From contig NIVC01001424.1 in assembly GCA_002269645.1 (NCBI GenBank), positions 228,062-292,061 on the forward strand: a DNA stretch of 64,000 nucleotides, read 5' to 3'. Every line of letters starts with the position of its first letter. Position 1 is the first letter of the stretch. Below, piece after piece: positions 45,781 to 58,675 of this stretch. This stretch comes from Macrostomum lignano. Taxonomy: Eukaryota. The position numbers and the translations under genes were made by a program. The notes below the pieces were generated by a model. That model searched no databases and had not been told where the DNA came from. It worked only from the letters and a program-made list of their open reading frames with translations.

Positions 45781-48700
45781 TCTTCTTCTAATATACTAAA
45801 AATGAAATGCTTGGTTGCTTGCTTGTAATTGATTTTCTCCCGAACGGCTCAACCGATTTTCTTCAAACTTGCACCATTCGATCAGAAATTTTCCCGGGAC
45901 GGTACATGCATATTGGCTAATCCAATATACTAAAAATCAAAACTATGTACCTATAGGAACCTTCGCTTAACTTCACTCTACATGGTCGGAATTTCGTGGG
46001 GTTTTCTGCATTCGATGCGTATTGATGGTGCGCAGGTACACAAAATCCAATATACTAAAAATGAAAATCTTGCTTGCTTGTAATCGATTAGAGAAAAAAT
46101 GGCTTAACCGATTTTTATGAGACTTGCACTGTTCGATCAGAAATTTTCCCGTGACGGTACATGCATCGTGGCTAAGAAATTGCTCGATGCTAAAGGCATT
46201 AAATATTCGAAAAACATGCTTTTTTGCAAAGGTCAAGCAAACTTTTCGACTTGAAATGCATTGTAAGAATGCTAGAGAAAAAACTGACTGCTTGAATTCT
46301 GATTCTGAAATAGATTGCATCATAACTGAATTGTAACTCCGACTTGAATTGAAAATGCAGTGTGGAAGCGTAGCACAGACTTGATTTAAATTGCGTAACC
46401 ATAATTGTTAACTGATACTGACTGACTGAGAAACTGATTATGTCATAACTGCTTCGTGTGATTTACTCTATGCTTGGATTTTAAAGTGTTGAATTATATA
46501 AGTGCAAAATTTGATGTTATCAAAACGATGAGAGCTAGCCTAGAGGTGAACAAACTGAACTTCCAAATGCAGCGACGATGGTTCGAATTTTCATAGAGTA
46601 TAATTTTTTTAATTAAAGCTTTTCAACGTCAGGAAAACTAAAAGACTTTTTAAAAAGAAGCGTCATGTAAAAATCATAGAAGCGTCATGTAAAAATCATA
46701 GAAGCGTCATGTCAAAAATCATAAAAGCGTCATGTAAAAATCATAGAAGCGTCTTTTAAAAAAATCATAGAAGCGTCATGTAAACAATCATAGAAGCGTC
46801 ATGTAAACAATCATAGGAGCGTCATGTAAAAAATCATAGAAGCGTCATGCAAACAATCATAGAAGCGTCATGTAAAAATCAAAGAAGCGTCATATAAACA
46901 ATCATAGAAGCGTCATGTAAACAATCATTGAAGCGTCATGTAAAAATCATAAAAGCGTCATGAAAAAATCATAGAAGCGTCATGTAAACAATCATTGAAG
47001 CGTCATGTAAACAATCATAGAAGCGTCATGTAAAAATCATAAAAGCGTCATGAAAAAATCATAGAAGCGTCATATAAACAATCATAGAAGCGTCATGTAA
47101 ACAATCATAGAAGCGTCATGTAAACAATCATAGAAGCGTCATGTAAAAAATCATCGAAGCGTCATATAAACAATCACTGAAGCGTCATGTAAACAATCAT
47201 AAAAGCGTCATGTAAAAAATCATAGAAGCGTCATGTAAACAATCATAGAAGCGTCATTTAAAAAAATCATAGAAGCGTCATATAAACAATCATAGAAGCG
47301 TCATGTAAAAAATCATCGAAGCGTCATATAAACAATCACTGAAGCGTCATGTAAACAATCATAAAAGCGTCATGTAAAAAATCATAGAAGCGTCATGTAA
47401 AAAATCATAGAAGGGTAATGTAAACAATCGTAGAAGCGTCATGTAAACAATCATAGAAGCGTCATTTAAAAAGATCATAGAAGCGTCATATAAACAATCA
47501 TTAAAGCGTCATTTAAAAAGATCATAGAAGCGTCATATAAACAATCATAGAAGCGTCTTTTAAAAAAATCATAGAAGCGTCATATAAACAATCATAGAAG
47601 CGTCATGTAAAAAATCATAGAAGCGTCATGTAAACAATCATAGAAGCGTCATGTAAAAAATCATAGAAGCGTCATGTAAACAATCACTGAAGCGTCATGT
47701 AAACAATCATAGAAGCGTCATGTAAACAATCATAGAAGCGTCATGTAAAAAATCATAGAAGCGTCATGTAAACAATCACTGAAGCGTCATGTAAACAATC
47801 ATAGAAGCGTCATGTAAACAATCATAGAAGCGTCATGTAAACAATCATAAAAGCGTCATGAAAAAATCATAGAAGCGTCATGTAAAAAATCATAGAAGCG
47901 TCATGTAAAAAATCATAGAAGCGTCATGTAAAAATCATAGAAGCGTCATGTAAAAATCATAGAAGCGTCTTTTAAAAAAAATCATAGAAGCGTCATGTAA
48001 ACAATCATAGAAGCGTCATGTAAACAATCATAGAAGCGTCATGTAAAAAATCATAGAAGCGTCATGTAAACAATCATAGAAGCGTCATCAAAAGATCATA
48101 GAAGCCTCATATAAAAACTAATGGAAGTGTCATTTGAGAAATCATAGAAGCGTCATGGAAGAATAAAAGAAGCGTCATGTCAGACATGAAAGAAGTGTCA
48201 TGTAAAAATTAAAAGAAGCTATTGTGCTGTGCTGGGGAGAATTACTAAGATGTCAAGGCTCACGGAGAATAACTGAGATTTTGGGGAGGCGGTTTCTGAG
48301 ATGCCAGAGAAGCAAAGTAGCAAACGTCAGAAGCTACTTCAAAGTACAACTTAATTTTTTATTACATTCTTTGTTGGCTCGCTACGGGGGAGGGGGCGCT
48401 GATAGAAGAAGAGTCATGTAAAAAAGAAAAGAAGCACTATGTATACATAAAAGAAGAGTCATTATGTCAAAGTTAAAAGATTCATTTGGGAATTGCTACG
48501 ATGCCAAGGCTTGGAGGGAATCGCTATGGTGCTGTGATTCTTAAATAAGGAATCACTAAAATGTCAAGGCTTAGGGGAGAAGAATTGCTGAGATTTAAGG
48601 CTTTAGGTTGGGTTAAAGTTAGGTTTAGGTCAGGTTTGGGTTGATGGTTAGATTTTAGCGGGTTTCAAGATTAACAGGGGATTTTTCAGATATCAAGGTT

Positions 48701-49276
48701 TATGGGGGGCATCGCTAACATGACAAGGCTTACGGGGGGAATAGCTGAGATGTCAAGGCTCACGGGGGAATAACCGAGATGTCAAGGCTAAATTCACAAG
48801 CTACATGTAGATGATGTAGTTTATTGAAAAATGTTTTCATTATTTATTGGCTCTTCACGGGAAGGATCGCTGATAGATAAAGTGTAATGTAAAAAATAAA
48901 AGAAGCTTCATGTCGAAGTTAAGAGATTCATTTGGGAATCCCTACGATGTCGAGGCTTGCAGGGAATCGCTATAATGCTGTAGTGCTATAATGACTCTCG
49001 GAGAGAATTACTGAAATGTCAATGCTTTAGGGTTAGGGTTAGGGTTAGGTTTAGAAGGTTAACAGATTTTTTAAGATTTCAAGGCTTATGGGGGGAATTG
49101 CTAAGATGTCAAGGGGGAGTTGATATGCTAAGGCTTGTGGGGGGGGGAGGAATTGCTGGCATGTCAAGGCTTACAAGGGTTTGCTGAGGTATAATGCAAA
49201 GAGACGCTTATATGTAGTTTATTAAAAAACTTGTGCTGTATTTTTTGGCTCCCCAACGGGGGGCGCTGATTGCTAG
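45781..49276 (+). mobile_element. Non-autonomous Helitron-like unit 1
   Basis: A|TC start, ATATACTAAAAAT heads at 45781, 45921 and 46046; CCCCAACGGGG hairpin then CTAG end. Confidence 0.82.
46658..48110. repeat. ~23-bp satellite (TGTAAACAATCATAGAAGCGTCA)n
   Basis: Internal to Helitron unit 1; same family at 53830-54570 and 56738-57000. Confidence 0.95.
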
Positions 49277-49810
49277 TCTAATATACTAAAAATGAAATGC
49301 TTGGTTGCTTGCTTGTAATTGATTTTCTCCCGAACGGCTCAACCGATTTTCTTCAAACTTGCACCATTCGATCAGAAATTTTCCCGGGACGGTACATGCA
49401 TCTTGGCTAAGAAATTGCTCAATTTTAAAGGGATTAAATATTCGAAAAACATGCTTTTTTGCAAAGGTCAAGCAGCTCTTTCGACTTGAAACGCACTGTA
49501 AGAATGCTAGCAGAAAAACTGACTGGTTGAATTCTGATTCTGAAATAGATTGCATCACAATACACTTTATTTATCGTCTGTGTACTGGCTGAATTTGACA
49601 CTCAATTGAATTGCGTCACAGCTTTGAGGGTGAAAGTATAGTGCAGTACTGAATTTATATTACGTAACCATATTGTTAACTTTCATAGACACTGGTACTG
49701 ACTTGCCTAAGAAATTGATTATGTCATAACTGCTTCGCGTGACTTTTTACTCTACCTGACTTGGTGTGAGTGTTGAATTATATAAGTGGTACAAATTCAC
49801 TGATAACTTC

Positions 49811-49875
49811 GATGAGAGCTAGCCTAGAGCTGAGCAGACCAGACTGCTAATGCAGCGACCTGGGTTCGAATCTAA
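49811..49875 (+). pseudogene. Degenerate tRNA(Ser-GCT)-like module; further copies at ~46527, ~53711 and ~56608
   Basis: A-box-like TAGCCTAGAG, anticodon-arm-like GACTGCTAAT, B-box GGTTCGAATC; no convincing cloverleaf. Confidence 0.5.
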
Positions 49876-49945
49876 GTAGTTTAAAAGTAGTAGTGTAAAA
49901 TTTTTTATTAAAAGTTTTTTTTTTAAAGGACTAAATAAAAACACT

Positions 49946-52900
49946 TAGATTACTGCACTCGATAAGCTAAGGATTATTGCTCTTGGCAAACCAAGGAATA
50001 CTGCACTCGATAAGCCAAGGATTATTGCTATTAATAAACCAAGGATTACTGCACTCGATAAACCAAGGATTATTGCTATTAATAAACCAAGGATTACTGC
50101 ACTCGATAAGGCATGGATTATTGCTATTAATAAACCAAGGATTACTGCACTCGATAAGCCAAGGATTATTGCTATTAATAAACCATGAATTACTGCACTC
50201 GATAAACCAAGGATTATTGCTATTAATAAACCAAGGATTACTGCACTCGATAAGCCAAGGATTATTGCTATTAATAAACCAAGGATTATGCACTTGGCAA
50301 ACCAAGGATTACTGCACTCGATAAGCCAAGGATTATTGCTATTAATAAACCAAGGATTACTGCACTCAATAAACCAAGGACTATTGCTATTAATAAACCA
50401 AGGATTACTGCACTCAATAAACCAAGGACTATTGCTCTTGGCAAACCAAGGATTACTGCACTCAATAAACCAAGGACTATTGCTCTTGGCAAACCAAGGA
50501 TTACTGCACTCGATAAGCCATGGATTATTGCTATTAATAAACCAAGGATTACTGCACTCGATAAGCCAAGGATTATTGCTATTAATAAACCAAGGATTAC
50601 TGCACTCGATAAACCAAGGATTATGCACTTGGCAAACCAAGGATTACTGCACTCGATAAGCCAAGGATTATTGCTATTAATAAACCAAGGATTACTGCAC
50701 TCAATAAACCAAGGACTATTGCTATTAATAAACCAAGGATTACTGCACTCAATAAACCAAGGACTATTGCTCTTGGCAAACCAAGGATTACTGCACTCGA
50801 TAAGCCAAGGACTATTGCTCTTGGCAAACCAAGGATTACTGCACTCGATAAGCCATGGATTATTGCTATTAATAAACCAAGGATTACTGCACTCGATAAG
50901 CCAAGGATTATTGCTATTAATAAACCAAGGATTACTGCACTCGATAAACCAAGGATTATTGCTATTAATAAACCAAGGATTATGCACTTGGCAAACCAAG
51001 GATTACTGCACTCGATAAGCCAAGGATTATTGCTATTAATAAACCAAGGATTACTGCACTCGATAAGCCAAGGATTATTGCTATTAATAAACCAAGGATT
51101 ACTGCACTCGATAAGCCAAGGATTATTGCTATTAATAAACCAAGGATTACTGCACTCGATAAACCAAGGATTATTGCTATTAATAAACCAAGGATTATGC
51201 ACTTGGCAAACCAAGGATTACTGCACTCGATAAGCCAAGGATTATTGCTATTAATAAACCAAGGATTACTGCACTCAATAAACCAAGGACTATTGCTATT
51301 AATAAACCAAGGATTACTGCACTCAATAAACCAAGGACTATTGCTCTTGGCAAACCAAGGATTACTGCACTCGATAAGCCAAGGACTATTGCTCTTGGCA
51401 AACCAAGGATTACTGCACTCGATAAGCCATGGATTATTGCTATTAATAAACCAAGGATTACTGCACTCGATAAGCCAAGGATTATTGCTATTAATAAACC
51501 AAGGATTACTGCACTCGATAAACCAAGGATTATGCACTTGGCAAACCAAGGATTACTGCACTCGATAAGCCAAGGATTATTGCTATTAATAAACCAAGGA
51601 TTACTGCACTCAATAAACCAAGGACTATTGCTATTAATAAACCAAGGATTACTGCACTCAATAAACCAAGGACTATTGCTCTTGGCAAACCAAGGATTAC
51701 TGCACTCAATAAACCAAGGACTATTGCTCTTGGCAAACCAAGGATTACTGCACTCGATAAGCCAAGGACTATTGCTCTTGGCAAACCAAGGATTACTGCA
51801 CTCGATAAGCCATGGATTATTGCTATTAATAAACCAAGGATTACTGCACTCGATAAGCCAAGGATTATTGCTATTAATAAACCAAGGATTACTGCACTCG
51901 ATAAACCAAGGATTATGCACTTGGCAAACCAAGGATTACTGCACTCGATAAGCCAAGGATTATTGCTATTAATAAACCAAGGATTACTGCACTCAATAAA
52001 CCAAGGACTATTGCTATTAATAAACCAAGGATTACTGCACTCATAAACCAAGGACTATTGCTCTTGGCAAACCAAGGATTACTGCACTCGATAAGCCAAG
52101 GACTATTGCTCTTGGCAAACCAAGGATTACTGCACTCGATAAGCCATGGATTATTGCTATTAATAAACCAAGGATTACTGCACTCGATAAGCCAAGGATT
52201 ATTGCTATTAATAAACCAAGGATTACTGCACTCGATAAACCAAGGATTATTGCTATTAATAAACCAAGGATTATGCACTTGGCAAACCAAGGATTACTGC
52301 ACTCGATAAGCCAAGGATTATTGCTATTAATAAACCAAGGATTACTGCACTCGATAAGCCATGGATTATTGCTATTAATAAACCAAGGATTACTGCACTC
52401 GATAAGCCAAGGATTATTGCTATTAATAAACCAAGGATTACTGCACTCGATAAACCAAGGATTATGCACTTGGCAAACCAAGGATTACTGCACTCGATAA
52501 GCCAAGGATTATTGCTATTAATAAACCAAGGATTACTGCACTCAATAAACCAAGGACTATTGCTATTAATAAACCAAGGATTACTGCACTCAATAAACCA
52601 AGGACTATTGCTATTAATAAACCAAGGATTACTGCACTCAATAAACCAAGGACTATTGCTCTTGGCAAACCAAGGATTACTGCACTCAATAAACCAAGGA
52701 CTATTGCTCTTGGCAAACCAAGGATTACTGCACTCGATAAGCCAAGGACTATTGCTCTTGGCAAACCAAGGATTACTGCACTCGATAAGCCATGGATTAT
52801 TGCTATTAATAAACCAAGGATTACTGCACTCGATAAGCCAAGGATTATTGCTATTAATAAACCAAGGATTACTGCACTCGATAAACCAAGGATTATGCAC

Positions 52901-53428
52901 TTGGCAAACCAAGGATTACTGCACTCGATAAGCCAAGGATTATTGCTATTAATAAACCAAGGATTACTGCACTCAATAAACCAAGGACTATTGCTATTAA
53001 TAAACCAAGGATTACTGCACTCAATAAACCAAGGACTATTGCTCTTGGCAAACCAAGGATTACTGCACTCGATAAGCCAAGGACTATTGCTCTTGGCAAA
53101 CCAAGGATTACTGCACTCGATAAGCCAAGGACTATTGCTCTTGGCAAACCAAGGATTACTGCACTCGATAAGCCATGGATTATTGCTATTAATAAACCAA
53201 GGATTACTGCACTCGATAAGGCATGGATTATTGCTATTAATAAACCAAGGATTACTGCACTCGATAAGCCAAGGATTATTGCTATTAATAAACCATGAAT
53301 TACTGCACTCGATAAGCCAAGGATTATTGCTATTAATAAACCAAGGATTACTGCACTCGATAAGCCATGGATTATTGCTATTAATAAACCAAGGATTACT
53401 GCACTCGATAGCCAAGGATTACTGCGCT
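49946..53428. repeat. 24-bp higher-order satellite with four monomer types
   Basis: AA(A/G)CCAAGGA followed by TTACTGCACTC(G/A)AT, (T/C)TATTGCTATTAAT, CTATTGCTCTTGGC or the 13-nt TTATGCACTTGGC. Confidence 0.97.
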
Positions 53429-53449
53429 TGATAAGCTTGGCTACATGTA

Positions 53450-53670
53450 TAGGATTATTTCTATCCAGGGATGCTTGCTATTTAGGGATTCTTGCTATGT
53501 GCAGGATGCTTGCTATCTGGAAGGATGCTTCTACATTATTTGGGGTATGCTTGCTATCTGCAAGATGCTTGCTATCTGCAAGATGCTTGCTATCTGCAGA
53601 TGCTTGCTATCTGGGTGGATGCTTGCTAGGAGTATTAGGGGATGCTTGCTACTGGGGGGATGCTTGCTGT
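53450..53670. repeat. Degenerate GATGCTTGCTATCT repeats
   Basis: Short irregular tandem units. Confidence 0.75.
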
Positions 53671-53829
53671 CTTGGGAATATTTTCTATTTAGGGGTAATG
53701 ACTAAAATTCATGAGAGCTAGCCTAGAGGTAAACAGACTAAACTGCTAAATGCAGGGACGATGGTTCGAATTTTTAGAGAGTAGAGTTTTTTTAATTAAA
53801 GCCTTTTAACGCCAAGACAAAAAAAATTA

Positions 53830-54570
53830 TGGAAGCGTCATGTAAACAATCATACAAGCGTCATGTAAACAATCATAGAAGCGTCATGTAAACAATCATA
53901 GAAGCGTCATGTAAAAATCATAGAAGCGTCATGCAAGCAATCATAGAAGCGTAATGTAAACAATCATAGAAGCGTCATGTTAAAATCATACAAGCGTCAT
54001 GTAAACAATCATACAAGCGTCATGTAAACAATCATAGAAGCGTCATGTAAAAAAATCATAGAAGCGTCATGTTAAAATCATAGAAGCGTCATGTAAACAA
54101 TCATAGAAGCGTCATGTAAACAATCATAGAAGCGTCATGTAAAAATCATAGAAGCGTCATGTAAAAATCATAGAAGCGTCATGTAAACAATCATAGAAGC
54201 GTCATGTAAACAATCATAGAAGCGTCATGTATACAATCATAGAAGCGTCATGTAAACAATCATAGAAGCGTCATGTATACAATCATAGAAGCGTCATGTA
54301 AACAATCATAGAAGCGTCATGTAAAAATCATAGAAGCGTCATGTAAAAATCATAGAAGCGTCATGTAAAAATCATAGAAGCGTCATGTAAAAAATCATAG
54401 AAGCGTCATGTAAAAATCATAAAAGCGTCATGTAAAAAATCATAGAAGCGTCATGTAAACAATCATACAAGCGTCATGTAAACAATCATAGAAGCGTCAT
54501 GTAAAAATCATACAAGCGTCATGTAAACAAGCATAGAAGCGTCATGAAAAAATTATAGAAGCCTCATATA
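53830..54570. repeat. ~23-bp satellite, second array
   Basis: Same monomer as 46658-48110. Confidence 0.95.
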
Positions 54571-55513
54571 AAAACTAATGAAAGTGTGTCATTTAAAAAA
54601 TTAAGAAGCATCATGGAAGAATAAAAGAAGCGTAACGTAAAAATCAAAAGAAGCGTCATGTCAGACATGAAAGAAATGTCATATAAAAATTAAATGAAGC
54701 TATAGTACAGTGCTGTGCTGGGGAGAATTACTGAGACGTCAAGGCTCACAGAGAATAACTGAGATTACAGGGGGGTTTCTGAGATGTTAAAGCAAAAGTC
54801 AGAAGCTACTTCAAAGTACATGTACTTTACTTAAGTTTTTTATTGCATTCTTTGTTGGCTTGCCACGGTGGGGGGGGGCGCTGATAGAAGAAGAGTCATG
54901 TAAAAATAAAAGGAGCACTATGTATACATAAAATAAAAGTCATGTCAAAGTTAAAAGATTCATTTGGGAATTGCTACGATGTCAAAGCTTGGAGGGAATC
55001 GTTATAGTGCTGTGATTCTTAAAGAAGGAATCACTTAAATGCCAAGGCTTAGGGAAGAAGAATTGCTGTGATTTCAAGGCTTTAGGTTGGGTGAAAGTTA
55101 GGTTTACGTCAGGTTTGGGTTGAGGGTTAGATTTTAGCGCGTTTCAAGGTTAACAGGGGATTTTTTAGATTTCAAGGTTTATGGGGGCATCGCTGACATG
55201 TCAAGGCTTACGAGGGGAATCTATCTATCTATCTATAGCTGAGATGTCAAGGCTCACGGGGGAATAAATGAGATGTCAAGGCTAATGTCAGAAGCTACAT
55301 GTAGTTTATTGGAAAAAAGTTATTACATTATTTGTTGGCTCCTCACGGGAGGGATCGCTGATAGAAAAAGCGTAATGTAAAAAAAAAGAAGCTTCATGTC
55401 AAAGTTAAGAGATTCATTTGGGAATCCCTACGATGTCGAGGCTTGTAGGGAATCGCTATAATGCTGTAGTAGTGCTATAGACTCTTAGAGAGAATTACTG
55501 AAATTTCAATGCT

Positions 55514-55547
55514 TTAGGGTTAGGGTTAGGGTTAGGGTTAGGGTTAG
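55514..55547 (+). repeat. Interstitial (TTAGGG)5 tract
   Basis: Perfect hexamers; the paralogous site at 49027 has 3. Confidence 0.9.
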
Positions 55548-56737
55548 AAAATAGACAGATTTTTTAAGATTTCAAGGCTTGTGGGAGCATTGCTGAGATG
55601 TCAAGGGGGAGTTGATATGTTAAGGCTTGTGGGGGGGGGATTGCTGACATGTCAAGGCTTACAAGGGTACTGGTAGCGTACTGAAGCATACTGGTAGAAG
55701 TAGCTCTGAAAGAAGGCAAGTATGGTTGAATTTCAATGTCTGTTATAAAATTCTGCACAAACATGTTTTATTGGTACATAAGCCTGGAATTAAAATGAGA
55801 ATTCGATTCCTAGCCCCCCTCCCTAAGAATTTTTTTTCATTTAAAAGGATTCGTCCCTTGCTTATTGGCCACCCGAAGGCCATTTTTTATCAAAATGATA
55901 AAAATAATTTTTATCAAACACGTTGACATATACAGGGCTCTAAACTAAAAACTGTAAAAAGTTGATAGTTTTGTTTTACCTAAAATGCGTTATTAACGAT
56001 CTCCAAAAATTCCTATTTTAAGCTTAAGCTTAAGAAAAACACTTAAAGTACTCCTGCTAAAAGGTATATTATATTAGACGAATATTAATTATTTCTGCTC
56101 CCCGAAGGGGGGCAAAACTTTAGCTAGTCCTATATACTAAAAATGTGATGTCTATATATATGTGATAGATTAGAGAAAAAATGGCTGGACCGATTTTGTT
56201 CGAACTTGCACTGTTCGATCAGAAATTTTCCCGTGACGGTACATGCATCGTGGCTAAGAAATTGCTCGATGCTAAAGGCATTAAATATTCGAAAAACATG
56301 CTTTTTTGCAAAGGTCAAGCAAACTTTTTGACTTGAAATGCATTGTAAGAATGCTAGAGAAAAAACTGACTAGTTGAATTCTGACTCTGAAATATATTGC
56401 ATCATAACTGAATTGTAACTCCGACTTGAATTGAAAATGCAGTGTGGAAGCGTAGCACCAGACTTGATTTAAATTGCGTAACCATATTGTTAACTGATAC
56501 TGACTGACTGAGAAACTGATTATGTCATAACTGCTTCGTGTGATTTACTCTATGCTTGGATTTAAAAGTGTTGAGTTATATAAGTGCAAAAGTTGATGTT
56601 ATCAAAACGATGAGAGCTAGCCTAAAGGTGAACAACCTGAACTGCTAAATGCAGTGACGATGGTTTGAATTTTCATAGAGTATAATTTTTTTAATTAAAG
56701 CTTTTCAACGTCAGGAAAACTAAAAGACTTTTTAAAA

Positions 56738-57000
56738 AGAAGCGTCATGTAAAAATCATAGAAGCGTCATTTACAAAATCATAGAAGCATCATTTAAAAA
56801 ATCATAGAAGCGTCATTTACAAAATCATAGAAGCATCATTTAAAAAATCATAGAAGCGTCATGTAAACAATCATAGAAGCGTCATGTAAACAATCATAGA
56901 AGCGTCATGTAAAAAATCGTAGAAGCGTCATATAAAAATCATAGAAGCGTAATGTAAAAATCATAGAAGCGTCAAGAAAAAATCATAGAAGCCTTATTTA
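56738..57000. repeat. ~23-bp satellite, third array
   Basis: Same monomer family, fewer copies. Confidence 0.9.
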
Positions 57001-57894
57001 AAACTAATGAAAGTGTCATTTAAAAAATTAAGAAGCGTCACGGTAGAATAAAAGAAACGTCATGTCAGACATGAAGGTGTCATGTAAAAATTAAATGCAA
57101 TTATAGTGCTGTGCTGGGGAGAAAAACTGAGACGTAAAGGCTCTCAGAGAATAACTGAGATTACGGGGGGGGGGGTTTCTGAGATGTCAAAGCAAAAGTC
57201 AGAAGCTACTTCAAAGTTCATGTACTTTACTCCATTTTTTATTGCATTCTTTGTTGGCTCGTCACGGGGGGGGCGCTGATAGAAGAAAAGTCATGTAAAA
57301 AATAAAAGTAGCACTATGTATACATAAAAGAAAAGTCATGTCGAAGTTAAAAGATTCATTTGGGAATTGCTACGATGTCAAAGCTTGGTGGAAATCGTTA
57401 TAGTGCTGTGATTCTTAAAGAAAGAATCACTAAAATGTCAAGGCTTAGGGGAGAAGAATTGCTGAGATTTCAAGGCTTTAGGTTGGGTTAAAGTAAGGTT
57501 TAGGTCAGGTGTGGGTTGAGGGTTATATTTTATCGGGTTTCAAGGTTAACAGGGGATTTTTTAGATTTCAAGGTTTATGGGGCCATTGCTGACATGTCAA
57601 GGCTTACGGGGGAATAGCTGAGATGTCAAGGCTCACGGGGTATAAATGAGATTTCAAAGCTAAAGTCAGAAGCTACATGTAGTTTATTGAAAACTTTTTA
57701 TTACATTATTTGATGCCTCCTCAGGGGAGGGATCGCTGATAAAAAAACGTAATGTAAAAAATAAAAGAAGCTTCATGTCGAAGTTAAGAGATTCATTTGG
57801 GAATCCCTACGATGTTGAGGCTTGCAAGGAATCGCTATAATGCTGTAGTAGTGCTATAATGACTCTTAGAGAGAATTACTGAAATTTCAATGCT

Positions 57895-57962
57895 TTAGGG
57901 TTAGGTTAGGGTTAGGGTTAGGGTTAGGGTTAGGGTTAGGGTTAGGCTAGGGTTAGGGTTAG
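57895..57962 (+). repeat. Interstitial (TTAGGG)n tract, about 11 units with variants
   Basis: Read directly. Confidence 0.92.
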
Positions 57963-58304
57963 AAGGTTGACAGATATTTTTAGGTTTCCAAGGCTTATTG
58001 GGGGCATTGCTGAGATGTCAAGGGGGGAAGTTGATATGTTAAAGCTTGTGGGGGGATAACTGACATGTCAAGGCTTACAAGGTTTGACAGGAGATTTTTT
58101 AAGATTTCAAGGATACATGTAGCTTATTAAAAAAACGTGTATTGCATTTCTTTGGCTCCCCAACGGGGGGCGTAGATTGCTAGTTGTGTCTAAAATGCTC
58201 GTAGCACTTGAAAATGTAGCTGAAAATGTTATATCTTTAATATGCGATGGGTGTTGCAATTAGAAGCATTTGCCATACCCGGTGGAAAACGTTACCGTGA
58301 CAAG

Positions 58305-58675
58305 AATCGCTGATAAGTCATTGCAAAAAACTCATCAGTGACTCTGGCGACTCTGGGGCCGATTTTGTGCCTTTTAATGCGACGGAGAGGCCAATTTTGA
58401 GTCCCAATCGCATCACGTGAGTTGCAAAATCTTAAACAATCGCGAAAAAGTCGTCCAAGTGTCGATCTGTTTGCGCTTAACTTTCTACTAACTCAAGTAG
58501 ACTAAATAGAGTTGTTATAAATGCAAAATGCGACTCTAATTCATAAAGTGAGACGCAGATGCGCTTTATAGACGCAACTCAGTGATTCTAAAGCGACTCC
58601 AGCACGTCTCAGAAGACTTTTGGTGACTTTTATCGTGACAGATCGTCGTTTTAGGGTCGTCTAGAATCACCGGCC
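58305..58675 (+). repeat. Dispersed repeat, paralog of 3960-4250
   Basis: Shared diverged blocks. Confidence 0.7.

Larger units (their letters stand above)
49277..56127 (+). mobile_element. Non-autonomous Helitron-like unit 2 (composite)
   Basis: CTAG|TC junction at 49276/49277; ends with CCCCGAAGGGG hairpin and CTAG at 56124-56127. Confidence 0.8.
56128..58183 (+). mobile_element. Non-autonomous Helitron-like unit 3
   Basis: CTAG|TC junction at 56127/56128; CCCCAACGGGG hairpin then CTAG|T at 58180-58184. Confidence 0.82.

Noticed and set aside
49811-49875. Functional tRNA-Ser gene
   Set aside because: Acceptor and anticodon stems do not pair and there is no long variable arm; kept only as a tRNA-derived module
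49945-53431. CRISPR-like array or repeat-protein gene (NQGLLHSI/SNPWF ORFs)
   Set aside because: The variable parts are only four recurrent 13-14-nt types rather than unique spacers; no cas genes; eukaryotic context; open frames follow from the 24-bp period
57895-57962. True chromosome end
   Set aside because: Short tract embedded in a repeated element, with genes continuing beyond it
45781-58183. Autonomous Helitron or retroelement coding capacity
   Set aside because: No Rep HUH, Pif1 helicase, reverse transcriptase or transposase motifs in any listed ORF
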